Below, one piece after another: positions 9,049 through 19,460 of a stretch of DNA of 64,000 nt (positions are counted from its first letter, which is position 1; every line of letters begins with the position of its first letter). Location: the IMG/VR virus record IMGVR_UViG_3300028887_000002, positions 32,001 to 96,000 of that record. One strand, written 5' to 3'. A program made the translations under genes and the position numbers. The notes beneath the pieces are model-generated. The model had not been told where the DNA came from. It did no database searches and saw only the letters and a program-made list of their open reading frames with translations. The DNA comes from a virus. Lineage: Duplodnaviria; Heunggongvirae; Uroviricota; Caudoviricetes.

Positions 9049-10326
9049 CTATTCCTTGTTATATACTAATCTTCCTATTGGACTTTTGCCAAACTTAACC
9101 TCGTAGATTCGCCCAGTTCCCATCTCACTGTACCAGTCACGACAGGTCTTGATTCGTTCCAATGCTTCTTCCATAGTCTTGCAGTACACTGTTATCTCGG
9201 TGTCGGATTCGTCCACCGTGTTCTCTATGTAGTAGAACTTGCTGTAGTCGGTTGTCTTCTTTTCATTGTCCTTCTCGAATTTTTTCTGCAAATTTTTGAA
9301 GTCAGCTATCTCTTGCTCCGTGGCATACTCGTACTTGTTTATTTCATCCTGCGTAAGAGCATAGCGAGTACCTTCGGAATCATAACAGAACCAGCATCTT
9401 CCTGCGCTGTTGTAGCCATCCACCCTAAACAAATGCAAATAGCCTATCCCGACTGTCCTGTCAATTATAATGTCATTGGTATGGAACATCTTGTCCGTTG
9501 CTTTGGTGTTGGCTTCTTCAATGTTCTTTTTCTCTGCATCTATAATCTTCGGCATCACCTCGTTGCGATGCTCCATCATCTTCCGCAGCACTTTCTTCGG
9601 GTCACAGCAGAACACCTCGCATACCACGCGGAATGTATCGTTTCTGTGCTTCTCGTACATATCTTCCAATATGTCTTCATCGTCCAATAACCCCATATTT
9701 TCGGCAAGCGCGTATGCTGGGTGCAACCTGCCCCAAGTTTTCGCCTGTGCCTTTATGATATTATTGGTAATCTCAATAGTTTCTTTAAGGTCAAGTTGTT
9801 TCTTTGCGTCCTTGTTGTCTTTCTCGAATTTGTCCTGTGACTCTCTGAACAACATCTGTTCTTCCTTCGTAGCATATCGGTAGTTCTTCAATTCTATATC
9901 AAGTATAGAAATATTGGCATTATCCTTGTCAATACACTCTAAATACTTACCATTAAAACCTCTAACCTTAAATACAGGATAATATGGAAGACCCGTAAGC
10001 GGATGATTTCTATAAATTATGTCACCATCCTTGAACAAGCGTGCCTGCCAGTTCTTCCAACTCCTATATGATTGGGATGGGAACAGCATACATTCCGAAG
10101 TATCTATTTCATTTTCTTCTTCAATTCTTCCACAAGGTTTCCCAGATTCATTAAACTTATATGTAATATACGAGTATCGTTTATTCTTCGGGTCTAATTT
10201 TGATACTCTTACAAAGATAAAGTTCCGTGAACACTCCAAAAACTCACAATATCCGTACAATGGGCTGTAAAGCCTCGTGTATAATGGACAGTCCCTTAAA
10301 AATTCAATTATTCTTTCTTGTTTCAT
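9049..10326 (-). CDS. hypothetical protein; N-terminal domain paralogous to 28628-29497
   Basis: Shared LYSP.(Y/F)G...ECMLFPS...W..WQ..LFK.GD. Confidence 0.75.
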   Translation of the reverse strand: MKQERIIEFLRDCPLYTRLYSPLYGYCEFLECSRNFIFVRVSKLDPKNKRYSYITYKFNESGKPCGRIEEENEIDTSECMLFPSQSYRSWKNWQARLFKDGDIIYRNHPLTGLPYYPVFKVRGFNGKYLECIDKDNANISILDIELKNYRYATKEEQMLFRESQDKFEKDNKDAKKQLDLKETIEITNNIIKAQAKTWGRLHPAYALAENMGLLDDEDILEDMYEKHRNDTFRVVCEVFCCDPKKVLRKMMEHRNEVMPKIIDAEKKNIEEANTKATDKMFHTNDIIIDRTVGIGYLHLFRVDGYNSAGRCWFCYDSEGTRYALTQDEINKYEYATEQEIADFKNLQKKFEKDNEKKTTDYSKFYYIENTVDESDTEITVYCKTMEEALERIKTCRDWYSEMGTGRIYEVKFGKSPIGRLVYNKE

Positions 10327-10343
10327 AATATGTAAAATTTTAT

Positions 10344-10727
10344 TTAGTTATACATTCCTTCTTCCGCCTCCACAGCCAAGCCCTTCGGTATTAAACCTCG
10401 CCAGTCGAAGTGATGAGCATTAAGCCAATCAATATAATTGGGTATTGCATCCTCAATACCCCCTTCAATATCATCAAGGAAAGCACATCTTCTTGTATCC
10501 TCTTCCTTTGTCATACTTTTCATTGACCGCAAGTACGGCTTGAATATAATCTCGTGGAAGTACAGCCTTGTAATCTTCCCGCTTATGTACCCCAGACAGT
10601 AGTCGTGCTGGACTCTGGTCTTCCACCCCTCGTCCGAACCTTCGGTCTCCATAAGCACCCAAGTATTGTACGGCACTCTTGCTGACAAGTCCTTTATGAG
10701 CAGTTTCTTTTGTTCTTCGGTTATCAT
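10344..10727 (-). CDS. hypothetical protein, paralog of 10966-11361
   Basis: KDL.AR..Y, KPYLR.M.SMT.EE, IDWLNAHHFD.RGLIPKGLA shared. Confidence 0.8.
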   Translation of the reverse strand: MITEEQKKLLIKDLSARVPYNTWVLMETEGSDEGWKTRVQHDYCLGYISGKITRLYFHEIIFKPYLRSMKSMTKEEDTRRCAFLDDIEGGIEDAIPNYIDWLNAHHFDWRGLIPKGLAVEAEEGMYN

Positions 10728-10730
10728 AAA

Positions 10731-10952
10731 TTAATAATTTGGTTCATATACTAAAATTCCTACATTGTAATAGTAAAAATATGCTGGAAGTTCTGTTTGG
10801 TCAATCTTTTTAGACTTACTTAAATAGTCTTCTAACATATCGTTAGAAAAAGTTCTAATATGTTGATTATCTCCACTATGCTCGCAATTTCCACAAAATG
10901 GATATTCAGTTCCGTATGTTTCTAGATTGTATCTTTCTTTTTCGACAGTCAT
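10731..10952 (-). CDS. hypothetical protein
   Basis: 73 aa ORF with CxxC. Confidence 0.5.
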   Translation of the reverse strand: MTVEKERYNLETYGTEYPFCGNCEHSGDNQHIRTFSNDMLEDYLSKSKKIDQTELPAYFYYYNVGILVYEPNY

Positions 10953-10965
10953 AATTGGTTGTTTT

Positions 10966-11361
10966 TTATTTATACATCCCTTCTTCCGATTCCAATGCCA
11001 AGCCCTTCGGTATTAAACCTCTATAGTCGAAGTGATGCGCATTGAGCCAATCAATGCTGTCAGCGATAGAATAATCAGCGTCATACATCCACCTTTCAGT
11101 AATATATTGATATTCCACCTTTTCTTCCTCCGTCATACTCTCCATTGGGCGGAGATAAGGTTTAATGTTTTCAAGTGTTTTTGTATCATTCCAGAATGAA
11201 GCAATCCAAGTTCCTTTACGCCAAGCCCAAGTGGATTTGGCGAGTTTCTCTATGGAATAGATTGTTATCGGGTTATTATGCCCATTAACTTTTGCTTTAA
11301 CACCATATGATAATCTTGCAGTTAAATCTTTCAATAATATTTTCTTTTCTTCATCTGTCAT
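10966..11361 (-). CDS. hypothetical protein, paralog of 10344-10727
   Basis: Same conserved motifs as its paralog. Confidence 0.8.
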   Translation of the reverse strand: MTDEEKKILLKDLTARLSYGVKAKVNGHNNPITIYSIEKLAKSTWAWRKGTWIASFWNDTKTLENIKPYLRPMESMTEEEKVEYQYITERWMYDADYSIADSIDWLNAHHFDYRGLIPKGLALESEEGMYK

Positions 11362-11535
11362 ATCTCAATCATTTTGTTGTCCCTTAATACAATCTTATGG
11401 TAGCCGTATGGCACTTCCACCCGCCTCGTGAACATACCCTCTCTGGCGTTGACTGGCGAGCCGACATACACTTGCGGTATCATTTCGTAGTCATGGAACT
11501 CTATGTGAAACTCCTTCGGCTTCATATTCTAAATG

Positions 11536-11817
11536 TTAGGCATAATATTCTTCTGGCATAGGTACTTCGTATTCAACAGTATCAAAAATACCAATACCAA
11601 TATATGAATTGAATATCTTTTGTGCAACCATTTCATAAGGTATTAAAGTTATTACCTTCACATCGTCGGTAATAATTTCAGGCTCTTTAAATTTCTTTTC
11701 CAAGTGTTTAAGGTATGCACTCATTTTTGTCCTCTGCTTTTTTGTTAATGGTTTTATATGTTCCCCATTAACAAGCATATATTTTTCAATATGCTCTAAA
11801 ATTTTTTCTGTGTTCAT
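11536..11817 (-). CDS. hypothetical protein
   Basis: Start moved to MNTEK. Confidence 0.6.
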   Translation of the reverse strand: MNTEKILEHIEKYMLVNGEHIKPLTKKQRTKMSAYLKHLEKKFKEPEIITDDVKVITLIPYEMVAQKIFNSYIGIGIFDTVEYEVPMPEEYYA

Positions 11818-11936
11818 AGTCAATATTTTTAATTTAGTTATAATGTACCGTGTCCTTCGTGTCGGCTTCGCCGTCCGCCATATCCAGCACTTCCCTGACC
11901 GAGTAGTCGCCCCCGTCAAAGACCTTGTACTTCGCG

Positions 11937-12362
11937 TCAATGCCTTCCTTCCTCATAGATAAGTTTCCTTGTATGTGTGACCATCTTTAGTGCTTGAATC
12001 AACTCGTTCATCAGAATATCGGAAAAATCATTGAACCCAATGAACTGGTTATATTTTTCCTGCTCTTTCTCACTCAAACTATTCCACTTATCCATCATAC
12101 ATTGCCACCATTCGTGAGACTGCTTGCTTGCATATTCGTGAATCATTTCATCTGTAACAATATCCTCCCAAGATACATCGGTTTGTTTACTGATTTCTGT
12201 ACTCAACATATTTGCCAATTCTTTTTCTTGTTCTTCTGTAACATCTGCCACGACTATTGGCTTACCCATAGGCTCAAAAGTCACAGTGCATTCAATCGGT
12301 TTTCCGTCTTTGCCTCTTGGAATGCCACCTTTGACAGTTTTAGATATTAGTTCTATTTCCAT
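11937..12362 (-). CDS. hypothetical protein
   Basis: 141 aa ORF. Confidence 0.65.
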   Translation of the reverse strand: MEIELISKTVKGGIPRGKDGKPIECTVTFEPMGKPIVVADVTEEQEKELANMLSTEISKQTDVSWEDIVTDEMIHEYASKQSHEWWQCMMDKWNSLSEKEQEKYNQFIGFNDFSDILMNELIQALKMVTHTRKLIYEEGRH

Positions 12363-12371
12363 AACCTATAA

Positions 12372-12647
12372 CTATTCCTCTGTTGATTTGAATTCAAAAG
12401 GTATGATACTACGGATTTCTTCGATAAGTTCCATATAGTCGTGTCCGACAAGACCTATCTCGGTTATACAGGTTTCGTCTTCGTTAGTATCGAAGAATGG
12501 TACACTCTTTCCATCCTTCATTATACAACCCAAACATGAGTGTGGTGTGTGACGGTTGTCCATTTCGTAATCAACCTTAACTGTGTAGCCGTTCTTGACC
12601 AGTTCGTCAATCGGCAGTCTGTTTGTAATGTGAATAGTCTTAATCAT
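12372..12647 (-). CDS. hypothetical protein
   Basis: Start moved to MIKTIH. Confidence 0.6.
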   Translation of the reverse strand: MIKTIHITNRLPIDELVKNGYTVKVDYEMDNRHTPHSCLGCIMKDGKSVPFFDTNEDETCITEIGLVGHDYMELIEEIRSIIPFEFKSTEE

Positions 12648-12654
12648 AGTTTCG

Positions 12655-12981
12655 TTAATTTTTGTGTTTATATTCAGCAATTTTTGATGTGAAAATGACA
12701 TACATATTTTTCCCTTGAATCTTTTTGATTGGGCATTTGTTTTCCTTTGCGACCTGTCGGAATGCAGAAGCAAACTTCTTGTCTGCGCCAGTTATGCAGA
12801 TTTCAAAGACATAGTGGTACGGTTGCTGGTAGAGTTCGTTCTTGAAGTAGGTGAAACTTTCAATCTTTGCACCGCAACGCAATGACTTGATTTGTTTCAG
12901 TATGTCTTCGTGACGTTTTTCAACTGCCTCCAAACGTTCTCTTTTTGACATTTTCTGATATTTTTCAATTGTTTCTTTCAT
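12655..12981 (-). CDS. hypothetical protein
   Basis: 108 aa ORF directly downstream of a promoter. Confidence 0.65.
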   Translation of the reverse strand: MKETIEKYQKMSKRERLEAVEKRHEDILKQIKSLRCGAKIESFTYFKNELYQQPYHYVFEICITGADKKFASAFRQVAKENKCPIKKIQGKNMYVIFTSKIAEYKHKN

Positions 12982-13006
12982 ATCTTATTTTCTTTCAAAT
13001 TTTGCA

Positions 13007-13037
13007 CAAAGTTAAACAATATATTTCAAACCACAAA
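13007..13037 (-). promoter_or_regulatory. Bacteroidota sigmaA-type promoter
   Basis: TTTG-N19-TAACTTTG. Confidence 0.7.
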
Positions 13038-13048
13038 ACAAAATTTCA

Positions 13049-14164
13049 CTAATTTGAATATTTGTTGAGAAAATCCTTTATAGCATCCTTTATTGCTGTC
13101 GCTAAAAATGTTGGCACCGCATTAGCAATTTGAAGGTTCTTATCTTTTTTTGTACCATAGAACATGTAGTTATCAGGGAAACCTTGTATTCTTGCGCCTT
13201 CTCTCCTTGTTAATGGTCTGGGCTGTTTAGGGTGGATACTGCGTGTGGCTGATGCTGTATCGAAATTCCTTGTAATTGTTGTGGAAGGACGATTCCACCA
13301 AAGTCTGCAATAGAAATTGTTGAACCCAACTGTTGGTCTTAATTCCTCTGGTGCATCCAAAGGTGTTCCGCCATCGGGAAGTGAATCCATAAAGGCGACC
13401 AGTTTCGGTGTAATCTTTGGACAATCGTGGTCGGTTATCTTTGATGGGGCATCATTTCGCATAAGTCTTTGGTATTCGTTTTCTGGTTCGATGGTATAAT
13501 TGACCCAAGATTGATTTGTACCAATGACAGGTAAATCACCGATTGCTTCACCCAGCGTAACATAAGGTGATAACCCTTCTTTATAGGAATCTGGCTCTTC
13601 AGGATTATAATGTGTTGGTTGAGGATATGTGAATTCGTATCCCAAATTATTACCTACGATTATTACCCTTTCCCTAATTTGAGGTGTTCCATAATCAGCC
13701 GCGTTCATTAGTTTAATGTCAACATGATACCCTAATGATTCAAAGAGACTTATTATCTTTTTTATTAGTTTGCCACCTTCCATTGAGAGAAGCCCTTTGA
13801 CATTTTCAAAGACAAACATTTTGGGCTTAATTTCCAACAATATGCGATAATATTGTTGGAACAATTTCCCTCTTTCGTCACCTTCTGCTCTTTTTCCTGC
13901 GGTAGAGTATGCTTGGCAAGGAGGCCCGCCTATTACAACGTCAACATCACCTTCCTTTATACCCAGGTCTTCAGTTAGATTTTTCAGTCCAAAATCCTTG
14001 ATGTCACAGTTATACATTTTGACTGTGGGATGGTTTAAAGAATATGCTTTTGCCATTGGCTTAAGTATTTCATTCGCGGCGACAATTTCAAAAGATTTGT
14101 CGTGGGCAAAACCATATGAGAGGCCACCAACACCAGAAAATATGTCAATCACTTTATATGCCAT
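13049..14164 (-). CDS. DNA cytosine-5 methyltransferase
   Basis: FSGVGG, GPPCQ, ENV, QIRER, ANAV motifs. Confidence 0.93.
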   Translation of the reverse strand: MAYKVIDIFSGVGGLSYGFAHDKSFEIVAANEILKPMAKAYSLNHPTVKMYNCDIKDFGLKNLTEDLGIKEGDVDVVIGGPPCQAYSTAGKRAEGDERGKLFQQYYRILLEIKPKMFVFENVKGLLSMEGGKLIKKIISLFESLGYHVDIKLMNAADYGTPQIRERVIIVGNNLGYEFTYPQPTHYNPEEPDSYKEGLSPYVTLGEAIGDLPVIGTNQSWVNYTIEPENEYQRLMRNDAPSKITDHDCPKITPKLVAFMDSLPDGGTPLDAPEELRPTVGFNNFYCRLWWNRPSTTITRNFDTASATRSIHPKQPRPLTRREGARIQGFPDNYMFYGTKKDKNLQIANAVPTFLATAIKDAIKDFLNKYSN

Positions 14165-14171
14165 AGTATCA

Positions 14172-14417
14172 TTAACTTTCGATTGTTTCCTTGAAAGCAT
14201 TGATGTATGTTTCATAAGGTATTTTCACCTTGTTCCATATATCTTCGCTTATTTCAGTTATCCCGTTGTCATCAAAACTAATGGTTTTATATTCAAAATA
14301 AGTTATTTCATTCTTTGCAGCATCCACAATCTTGAACTTTGATATCGAAAAGATTGTCGGACTTTCCTTCACGACCTTAATTAGGCTCTTGCCTGTTTTG
14401 TAATATTTAACTTCCAT
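14172..14417 (-). CDS. hypothetical protein
   Basis: 81 aa ORF. Confidence 0.55.
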   Translation of the reverse strand: MEVKYYKTGKSLIKVVKESPTIFSISKFKIVDAAKNEITYFEYKTISFDDNGITEISEDIWNKVKIPYETYINAFKETIES

Positions 14418-15274
14418 TATTTCTTCAATGTTTCGATTAGTATTTTTGTCACATCTGGACAGTTAATTTTCTCATAGGTTTCATCTGGTTTCAGCCAAAT
14501 CAACTTTCTTGCCAATACCTTATAACCAAGTTTCTCAAGTGGAATTTGATAAAGGGACTGTTGTATAATATAGTGCGAATATGCGCAGTCAGTAAGATAG
14601 TCGAATGGTTTCAGCATATGGATGTCGTTCGTTTCGTTATATTCATTATACAATGACCCGTTTGTCTTATAGTCCATTATGACCAACCCACTCTTGCTGT
14701 CGTCGGTAGGATGCTTGTAGTATACGAGTTTATCAAATGTACCAGCATAACCAAGTTCCTCATTATACACCATTGTTTCGGCAAGGACTGAATACATGCT
14801 GTCAACATTGAACAAGTCCTCGTTGAACTGGGCGACAGCCTCCTGTTTTGGTGATACTGGATAGAAATAGCCGTCAACCAACTGTATCTTGAATCTATCG
14901 TTAATATCATCGGGGTTGCCCAATAACAAGTGATGCCACATTTCGCCATATTCATGTACAACAGTACCAAGCGTACAGGCCTTATCTGCGTTACGTTTCC
15001 ACATGTCCTTGACTATCTCAGCATCCATATCGTGTTTGAGAGCATATCTCTCGGCGATATCATCCCAGTCGGCTTCTGGTTCAAACAACTTGACAGTTGC
15101 GCTGACGGAACGCAAGTCAACCTTCTTCCGTCCCCTCTTCACATAATATGTGTGTGAAGAAGGAACGAATACAAGGTCTTTGAATTCGGAAAGAATATGT
15201 TGTCTAATCTCGTTAACCTCTGGAGGTTCGGGATGGGACTGTATTCTCTTCTGAATTTCAGTTACACTCAACAT
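14417..15274 (-). CDS. PD-(D/E)XK exonuclease
   Basis: GTVVH, E, AGTFD, DYKT, Q.SLY motifs. Confidence 0.85.
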   Translation of the reverse strand: MLSVTEIQKRIQSHPEPPEVNEIRQHILSEFKDLVFVPSSHTYYVKRGRKKVDLRSVSATVKLFEPEADWDDIAERYALKHDMDAEIVKDMWKRNADKACTLGTVVHEYGEMWHHLLLGNPDDINDRFKIQLVDGYFYPVSPKQEAVAQFNEDLFNVDSMYSVLAETMVYNEELGYAGTFDKLVYYKHPTDDSKSGLVIMDYKTNGSLYNEYNETNDIHMLKPFDYLTDCAYSHYIIQQSLYQIPLEKLGYKVLARKLIWLKPDETYEKINCPDVTKILIETLKK

Positions 15275-15288
15275 AAATCGGAAAAGAA

Positions 15289-15741
15289 TTAGAATGGTAA
15301 ATCGTCATCGTTAGTATCGGGAACTACCACTGCTTCGGGTGCTTTTGGTTCAGACTTTGGTTTTGCAACTGACTTTGCAGGTGCTGGTGTCTGTACTGCC
15401 TGTGGTTCGCCAGTTGTTGTACCTTCTTCATCCTTCTTACCAGTCGAAGCAAACGTCATATAGTGGACGGTTATTGTTTTGCCTTCCTGATGGATACCGT
15501 TCTTGTCGGTGTAGGAATCATACCTCAGTTCACCAGTAAGGATTACGGAACTTCCCTTCTTCAAGTTCTTTGCCATGTTGAAGAATGGCGAATTCTCCCA
15601 GCAATTAACTGTGTGCCAGTAGGTCTCTTCTCTGCCGTACTCGTTGTTTCCCAAACGGAATGTTACATACTTGCTACCCTTCTTGGTAGTCTCGACTTTT
15701 GCATCAGCACCAACGTGCCCTGTTAAATTAATTTCGTACAT
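15289..15741 (-). CDS. ssb: single-stranded DNA-binding protein
   Basis: OB-fold N-terminus and acidic DDDLPF tail. Confidence 0.93.
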   Translation of the reverse strand: MYEINLTGHVGADAKVETTKKGSKYVTFRLGNNEYGREETYWHTVNCWENSPFFNMAKNLKKGSSVILTGELRYDSYTDKNGIHQEGKTITVHYMTFASTGKKDEEGTTTGEPQAVQTPAPAKSVAKPKSEPKAPEAVVVPDTNDDDLPF

Positions 15742-15811
15742 CTTGCGTAAAAATTAAGTTTTACATTTATAATTAAAAATTCACTTTCATTTTTTTTTGA
15801 AGTTTGCGAGA

Positions 15812-15843
15812 CAAAGATATATATAATTCTTCAATCTCACAAA
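15812..15843 (-). promoter_or_regulatory. Bacteroidota sigmaA-type promoter
   Basis: TTTG-N20-TATCTTTG upstream of ssb. Confidence 0.75.
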
Positions 15844-15935
15844 CTTTTTCTTAAAAATTTTTCAATTAATTCCAATAGAGGAAAACTTGTTCGTCTGTAT
15901 GATTCTCTTTTTCAGATTGTTCTGTAGGAGTTTCA

Positions 15936-16685
15936 TTAGTCTTCTTCATAGTTTTCTCCATTGTGTCTTTCTTTCCACCATTCATCGTCTTCAATCTTTA
16001 TATTGTTTTCTTTTCGGTATTCAATCTCCTGTTTGACATAATCCGTGAACCAGTTAGGTTTCGAATAATAGGCCAATATGTTATTCAAGTGAGAATCTGA
16101 TAATTCACATAAGGGCTTCCAGATTCTATTTCCGTCCTTGTCAAATGTGCCGCGCTTCAAATATTTGCGTATTGTGCTGAAGGGTGCGTTCGAATATATT
16201 GAAATGTCCCTGCAAGGCACTTTGTTTACACTGCGTCTCTGATAGTCTAGTCCGCCGTCAACAAAATACATCTCACCGTTCATGTCCACATAACTTACAT
16301 AGTCGTGGGTATGTTTGGATTCAAGGATTGTACCGTCTGGTGTCATTATCCTGTTGCAAATTAGTCGGACTTCTGGCTCATCGGGGGATTCATTGTTGCT
16401 GTCAACATCAGCATCATCATTCTCGCCTAATCCATCAAGTAAACCATTGATACGCTCTTCTGTGTAATGATTTTGTGCTTCTTCGTAATATTCATCATAA
16501 GTTCCTGTTCCGATATTTGCAAATGCACCTGCAGCAATCTTAGGTGAATATGTCAGAGCAACAGCCATTGAAAATAGTACACTAGTGAAACTTGTTATAT
16601 TAGTATCACAACTTAACTCATAATCAAGGTTCACCCACGGGGCTTCAACCTTAATCTTTATTCTGTCATCGTCTTTGTGTTCCAT
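15936..16685 (-). CDS. hypothetical phage protein
   Basis: 249 aa; TPDGTILES.H.HDY...DGG motif. Confidence 0.7.
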   Translation of the reverse strand: MEHKDDDRIKIKVEAPWVNLDYELSCDTNITSFTSVLFSMAVALTYSPKIAAGAFANIGTGTYDEYYEEAQNHYTEERINGLLDGLGENDDADVDSNNESPDEPEVRLICNRIMTPDGTILESKHTHDYVSYVDMNGEMYFVDGGLDYQRRSVNKVPCRDISIYSNAPFSTIRKYLKRGTFDKDGNRIWKPLCELSDSHLNNILAYYSKPNWFTDYVKQEIEYRKENNIKIEDDEWWKERHNGENYEED

Positions 16686-16710
16686 AGTTTAAAATATTTT
16701 TTTCTAATTA

Positions 16711-17910
16711 TTAGTCACAATAAATCTGCCTTGTTACCCACAATCCAATATTGGAATCATATACCTCATACATCTGTGCTGGACGTTCGTAAGCGCACCC
16801 CATTGAGAAGGCAAATGCGTCAAGTCCGATTATTGAACCGTTAACAACCGCATTTGGTATTGATGTGCAACTGTGGTAATGTCCCATATAAACCTTGTCC
16901 TGCTTGAAGTTCTTATCACATCGCATCGTATATCTGTTTAGGGCTGGATAAATACCACAAACAGTTCCATTACCACCACTCTTCACTTGGAAACCGTGTT
17001 GGAATAAGAATCTTCTACCGTCACTCATATCTACCTTAGCAATTTCAGAATCTGGAATGATAAAGTCAATTCCGAGGTTTGTGAGTTCACATTGTGTCTT
17101 GATATTTTGATACATAAGCCACTCATATGACATCTTGGCGTTGTTGCCGTGTTGTATCTTCTTGCTTGTCCTTGAATGATTACCTGTTATTCCAATAAAT
17201 GTAATCTTTGAGAGGTTTGCTTTTTCCACAATGTATCTCAAACCATTATATATAAGGTTCTGTGCCTCGTGAGTCGCTTCTAGCGGAGACATTTCGTTTG
17301 TCTGTTGAAGTTCCTCGTGGATATAACCGCTGATGGTATCACCAAGGCTTGCGAATATGAGTTCATCAACCTCATCAGTGAGAAGGCAGTCTACTAAACT
17401 TACAAAGTATTTCTTTATACGTTCCTTTGCTATCTTAATGTTATATTCGTTCATAAAGCATACAGTTTCAGGTTTTACAACCTGTTCAATATGTGCATCA
17501 CTGAAAAGCGCAATTGCATACCTTGAACCGCTTACCCTGCTTTCAACGTCAATGTCATAACACTCAAACGGAAGTGCCTGTACGCTCTTGGCTTGCTTGA
17601 ACTGCTGGTATTCATCCTCATCTTCTCTTGGTTTTTCAATTGTAATGATTTGTGGCTTTTGGGACGAATTCTTGCCGTTGCTCTTCGTTTTGGTAGAGTT
17701 CTTTCCATTCTTTTCACTTACTGAACCATTTACGCCAGTCAGGTAATAGGTTCTTCCGTTAAAGGTAAAATAACCGTCCTTCTTGAAGTTTTCGGTTATC
17801 CAGAACCTTGAACGGTTAATCGCTTTTGATAATTGTCTTAGGCTTTCATAAAGGTTTCCTTTGTCATCAACAATTTGGTTTCTGACGCTTGCTACTATTG
17901 TTTCGCTCAT
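16711..17910 (-). CDS. calcineurin-like metallophosphoesterase / nuclease
   Basis: SDAH, LGD, GNH, HG, GHYH motifs. Confidence 0.85.
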   Translation of the reverse strand: MSETIVASVRNQIVDDKGNLYESLRQLSKAINRSRFWITENFKKDGYFTFNGRTYYLTGVNGSVSEKNGKNSTKTKSNGKNSSQKPQIITIEKPREDEDEYQQFKQAKSVQALPFECYDIDVESRVSGSRYAIALFSDAHIEQVVKPETVCFMNEYNIKIAKERIKKYFVSLVDCLLTDEVDELIFASLGDTISGYIHEELQQTNEMSPLEATHEAQNLIYNGLRYIVEKANLSKITFIGITGNHSRTSKKIQHGNNAKMSYEWLMYQNIKTQCELTNLGIDFIIPDSEIAKVDMSDGRRFLFQHGFQVKSGGNGTVCGIYPALNRYTMRCDKNFKQDKVYMGHYHSCTSIPNAVVNGSIIGLDAFAFSMGCAYERPAQMYEVYDSNIGLWVTRQIYCD

Positions 17911-17929
17911 TGATTATAAAAATGTTATT

Positions 17930-18145
17930 CTAATTATTTTTTCTTATTTTTGTTGGTAGCCATCCTCCAATTTTGTAATCCCTATCCGTATGTCCAGTCT
18001 TATATGGTGAATTTGGACAGTATTGGCAGAATGGAAAATTTCGGAATCTTGGACAATGTTGGCAGATTTCTTCCCTGATACTACCATTTTGGTCTAAAGA
18101 TTTTATAAATTTGTAATATTCATCATATCTATGTTCATTATTCAT
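17930..18145 (-). CDS. small Cys-rich hypothetical protein
   Basis: Two CxxC motifs. Confidence 0.5.
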   Translation of the reverse strand: MNNEHRYDEYYKFIKSLDQNGSIREEICQHCPRFRNFPFCQYCPNSPYKTGHTDRDYKIGGWLPTKIRKNN

Positions 18146-18171
18146 ATCACAATCTATATTCTCTTCTATTC

Positions 18172-18549
18172 TTATATTCCTAATCTTTCTAATAGTGTAT
18201 TCTTAATATTCTCTTTAACATTTTCTTTATTGAATTTATATATCGGATTATCATCCAAAGATATCACCTTGATAGCATTTTCCTTCTTGTAAATATCTTC
18301 AAACTTAGTACAACCTGGAACCATCACATCCGCATGATTGATTTCTTTATACTCAACCTTCGTGTGGTCTTTATTGTAAACCATTGAACAAGGGGCAATC
18401 AAGACAATTTCTTCATATTGCTTAACAGGAGGTATGCTAAAGGCTATTGAACCGCCATCTCTATAATGTCTCCATTTAATTTCAGGACAAGTTTTCTTGA
18501 TATCTTCAAAGACTTCTTTCAACAAGTAATATGCTTCATCGTATTTCAT
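18172..18549 (-). CDS. hypothetical protein
   Basis: 125 aa ORF. Confidence 0.6.
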   Translation of the reverse strand: MKYDEAYYLLKEVFEDIKKTCPEIKWRHYRDGGSIAFSIPPVKQYEEIVLIAPCSMVYNKDHTKVEYKEINHADVMVPGCTKFEDIYKKENAIKVISLDDNPIYKFNKENVKENIKNTLLERLGI

Positions 18550-18555
18550 GGTATA

Positions 18556-19200
18556 CTATCTTATATAAAAGTTATTTTCTTTATCCAAATAATACACTGA
18601 GATACCAATTTCCATCGCATATTTGATTTCCCTTGTCGTGCCGTAACTTCCTTCAAAGTCTGGTAATACCACAAGTACGTCGCACTGGTCAATCATTGCA
18701 TAGTTGATTTGTAGATATTCATTTCTATCAAACCTGCTTGGGTCACCCAAGTTCCATAGGACGGCAGGGTTCATTACAGCGTAGCCCTTTTGTATCAAGA
18801 ACTTTTCAACGGAATTGAACCTGTTCATAATATCATCAACCTCCAGCCCTGTCATCTTTCCCGCAATATAGACCTTGGTGTTTTTATCAAACGGGAAATC
18901 TGACGGTATTAGTTGCATTTCATCAACCCTTCGCTTGATATCTTCGTCAACCTTCTCATCGGAAACAAACACATCAAAAGGTAATGTTATCACAAAGGTT
19001 GTGGGATAATCCTCGTTAGTAAAGGATTTATACCAAATGTCCACCTGTTTCAAATGTCCGTCAACATCAAACCCGTCATAATGTGAATGGATGTCAAACA
19101 CACAACCCGATTCCTTGTACTTATCAAAAAGATATTCGCTACGCACACCTAATGCTAAATGCGTGTTGTCGTAATTCACAATGTCTTCAATCGTTAACAT
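18556..19200 (-). CDS. DUF4406 / nucleoside deoxyribosyltransferase-like protein
   Basis: VYIAGKMTG...NPA...CD.L.VL...S.G...E pattern. Confidence 0.75.
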   Translation of the reverse strand: MLTIEDIVNYDNTHLALGVRSEYLFDKYKESGCVFDIHSHYDGFDVDGHLKQVDIWYKSFTNEDYPTTFVITLPFDVFVSDEKVDEDIKRRVDEMQLIPSDFPFDKNTKVYIAGKMTGLEVDDIMNRFNSVEKFLIQKGYAVMNPAVLWNLGDPSRFDRNEYLQINYAMIDQCDVLVVLPDFEGSYGTTREIKYAMEIGISVYYLDKENNFYIR

Positions 19201-19220
19201 AATCTTCCTAAATTTTTCCG

Positions 19221-19280
19221 CAAATATAATTCAAGTTTTTAAACTGGCAAAGATTTTTTTTAAATTTTTTGATATTTATA
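19221..19280. promoter_or_regulatory. divergent pair: host-type promoter (-) and TATTTATA motif (+)
   Basis: TTTG-N19-TATATTTG (19251-19221); TATTTATA at 19273-19280. Confidence 0.65.
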
Positions 19281-19299
19281 CTAAAAAATATTTTGTATC

Positions 19300-19431
19300 A
19301 TGGATGACGGAAAAAAGATATACGAGTATGGTTATGACGATAACACACCTATAACCATTGACGGAACTGACTACTACATAAAGAACTACGAGTTTTTCAG
19401 AGGGTTGGAAAAAGTTCAAAGCGAGGGTTAA
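19300..19431 (+). CDS. small hypothetical protein (43 aa)
   Basis: MDDGKKIYEY... just downstream of TATTTATA; absent from the supplied ORF track. Confidence 0.45.
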   Translation: MDDGKKIYEYGYDDNTPITIDGTDYYIKNYEFFRGLEKVQSEG

Positions 19432-19460
19432 ATTTATACCATAATATAATAAATTTTTTA

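Noticed and set aside
14417-15274. Cas4 of a CRISPR system, or a restriction enzyme paired with the nearby MTase
   Set aside because: No Fe-S cysteine set or cas context; its position beside ssb fits a recombination exonuclease.
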